Shown: piece after piece, positions 6,222-6,492 of the stretch
How the letters are laid out: the number at the start of each line of letters is the position of its first letter
How positions within the stretch are numbered: position 1 is the first letter of the stretch
Virus record (IMG/VR): IMGVR_UViG_2537561930_000009
Strand: one strand, 5' to 3'
Source of the DNA: a virus
Lineage: Duplodnaviria > Heunggongvirae > Uroviricota > Caudoviricetes
Length of the DNA stretch: 6,492 nt
The notes under the pieces: model-generated
What the model was told of the DNA's origin: nothing
The model's input: the letters and a program-made list of their open reading frames with translations, nothing else
The model's database searches: none
Program-made: the position numbers and the translations under genes

Positions 6222-6492
6222 CCCATTTAAGAGTCATCAGGTCTTTTGTTGTGGTGCTCTGGCGGCTTCTCCATTTGAAATATTCATTGCCGTTGTCGCC
6301 TGTTTCAAACCACATGAATGAATCAGTGTCGCTGTCGGCATTATTTTTAAAACCAATCTTTGCCCAGTCAGTATTTCTAACCCAGGCAAGGATTGAGTCG
6401 TTTTCAAAAGTAAGCCCACCGGACAAGGTATCGCCATTCTTTTGCACGGCGTTCCTGGCCCTGTTTACCGTTTCCTGTAAACCGAGGTTTTT
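6187..6492 (-). CDS. 3' end of the tail-fibre gene as currently joined (constant part beyond the window, reading through the right crossover site); terminates at TAG 6189..6187
   Basis: Minus-strand frame is open from the window edge: KNLGLQETVNRARNAVQKNGDTLSGGLTFENDSILAWVRNTDWAKIGFKNN...FMWFETGDNGNEYFKWRSRQSTTTKDLMTLKWDALSVLVKALF*. These motifs resemble remembered side-tail-fibre proteins. 5'-partial at the window end. Confidence 0.75.
   Translation of the reverse strand, partial: KNLGLQETVNRARNAVQKNGDTLSGGLTFENDSILAWVRNTDWAKIGFKNNADSDTDSFMWFETGDNGNEYFKWRSRQSTTTKDLMTLKWDALSVLVKALF
6472..6492. repeat. Right crossover site (gix/cix-like), TTCCTGTAAACCGAGGTTTTT..., truncated by the window end; predicted central dinucleotide at 6484-6485
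   Basis: Reverse complement of the left site; matches the remembered gix sequence TTCCTGTAAACCGAGGTTTTGGATAA over the visible 21 bp. Confidence 0.85.

Larger units (their letters stand above)
3202..6484. other. Invertible DNA segment (G/C/P-segment-like), about 3.28 kb, carrying two alternative tail-fibre tip plus chaperone cassettes
   Basis: Bounded by inverted gix-like sites with the invertase gene directly outside; internal genes are convergent (Sv,U on plus; U',Sv' on minus) with a hairpin between them. Confidence 0.85.

Noticed and set aside
6004-6321. 105-aa plus-strand ORF
   Set aside because: Antisense to the fibre arm and spans the frameshift region; no motifs.
6237-6437. 66-aa minus-strand ORF
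   Set aside because: Alternative frame of the crossover-site-linked fibre frame (6187..6492), which carries the recognisable fibre motifs.
1-6492. CRISPR array, tRNA/rRNA, IS/transposase, diversity-generating retroelement, toxin-antitoxin pair
   Set aside because: No regularly spaced repeats, no tRNA-like structures noticed, no transposase or reverse-transcriptase ORF, and no small paired ORFs beyond those described; the variability mechanism here is site-specific inversion.

Overview
This window looks like part of an enterobacterial plasmid-prophage (phage-plasmid-like) backbone, with two modules. (1) Positions 1-2520 hold an F-plasmid-type SopA/SopB partition operon: an AT-rich leader carrying CTTTGC/GCAAAG operator-like motifs, sopA (389..1555) and sopB (1555..2520, overlapping sopA in a TAATG junction). 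No sopC-like tandem centromere array follows sopB. (2) Positions 2570-6492 hold a Gin/Cin/Pin/Hin-type invertible tail-fibre switch: a serine DNA invertase on the minus strand (2570..3124) and an invertible segment of about 3.28 kb bounded by gix/cix-like inverted crossover sites (3189..3214, and 6472..6492 cut by the window end). The segment carries two convergent alternative arms, each a tail-fibre C-terminal variable region plus a tail-fibre assembly chaperone (Sv/U on plus, Sv'/U' on minus). The constant 5' part of the fibre gene must lie beyond the right edge on the minus strand, so in this orientation it reads into the Sv'/U' arm. That arm is disrupted twice as sequenced (an in-frame stop and frame change in Sv', and a frame change with stop in U'), whereas the silent Sv/U arm is intact. 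No tRNA, rRNA, CRISPR array or IS element was recognised. All similarity statements are by-eye comparisons with remembered reference proteins, not computed searches.
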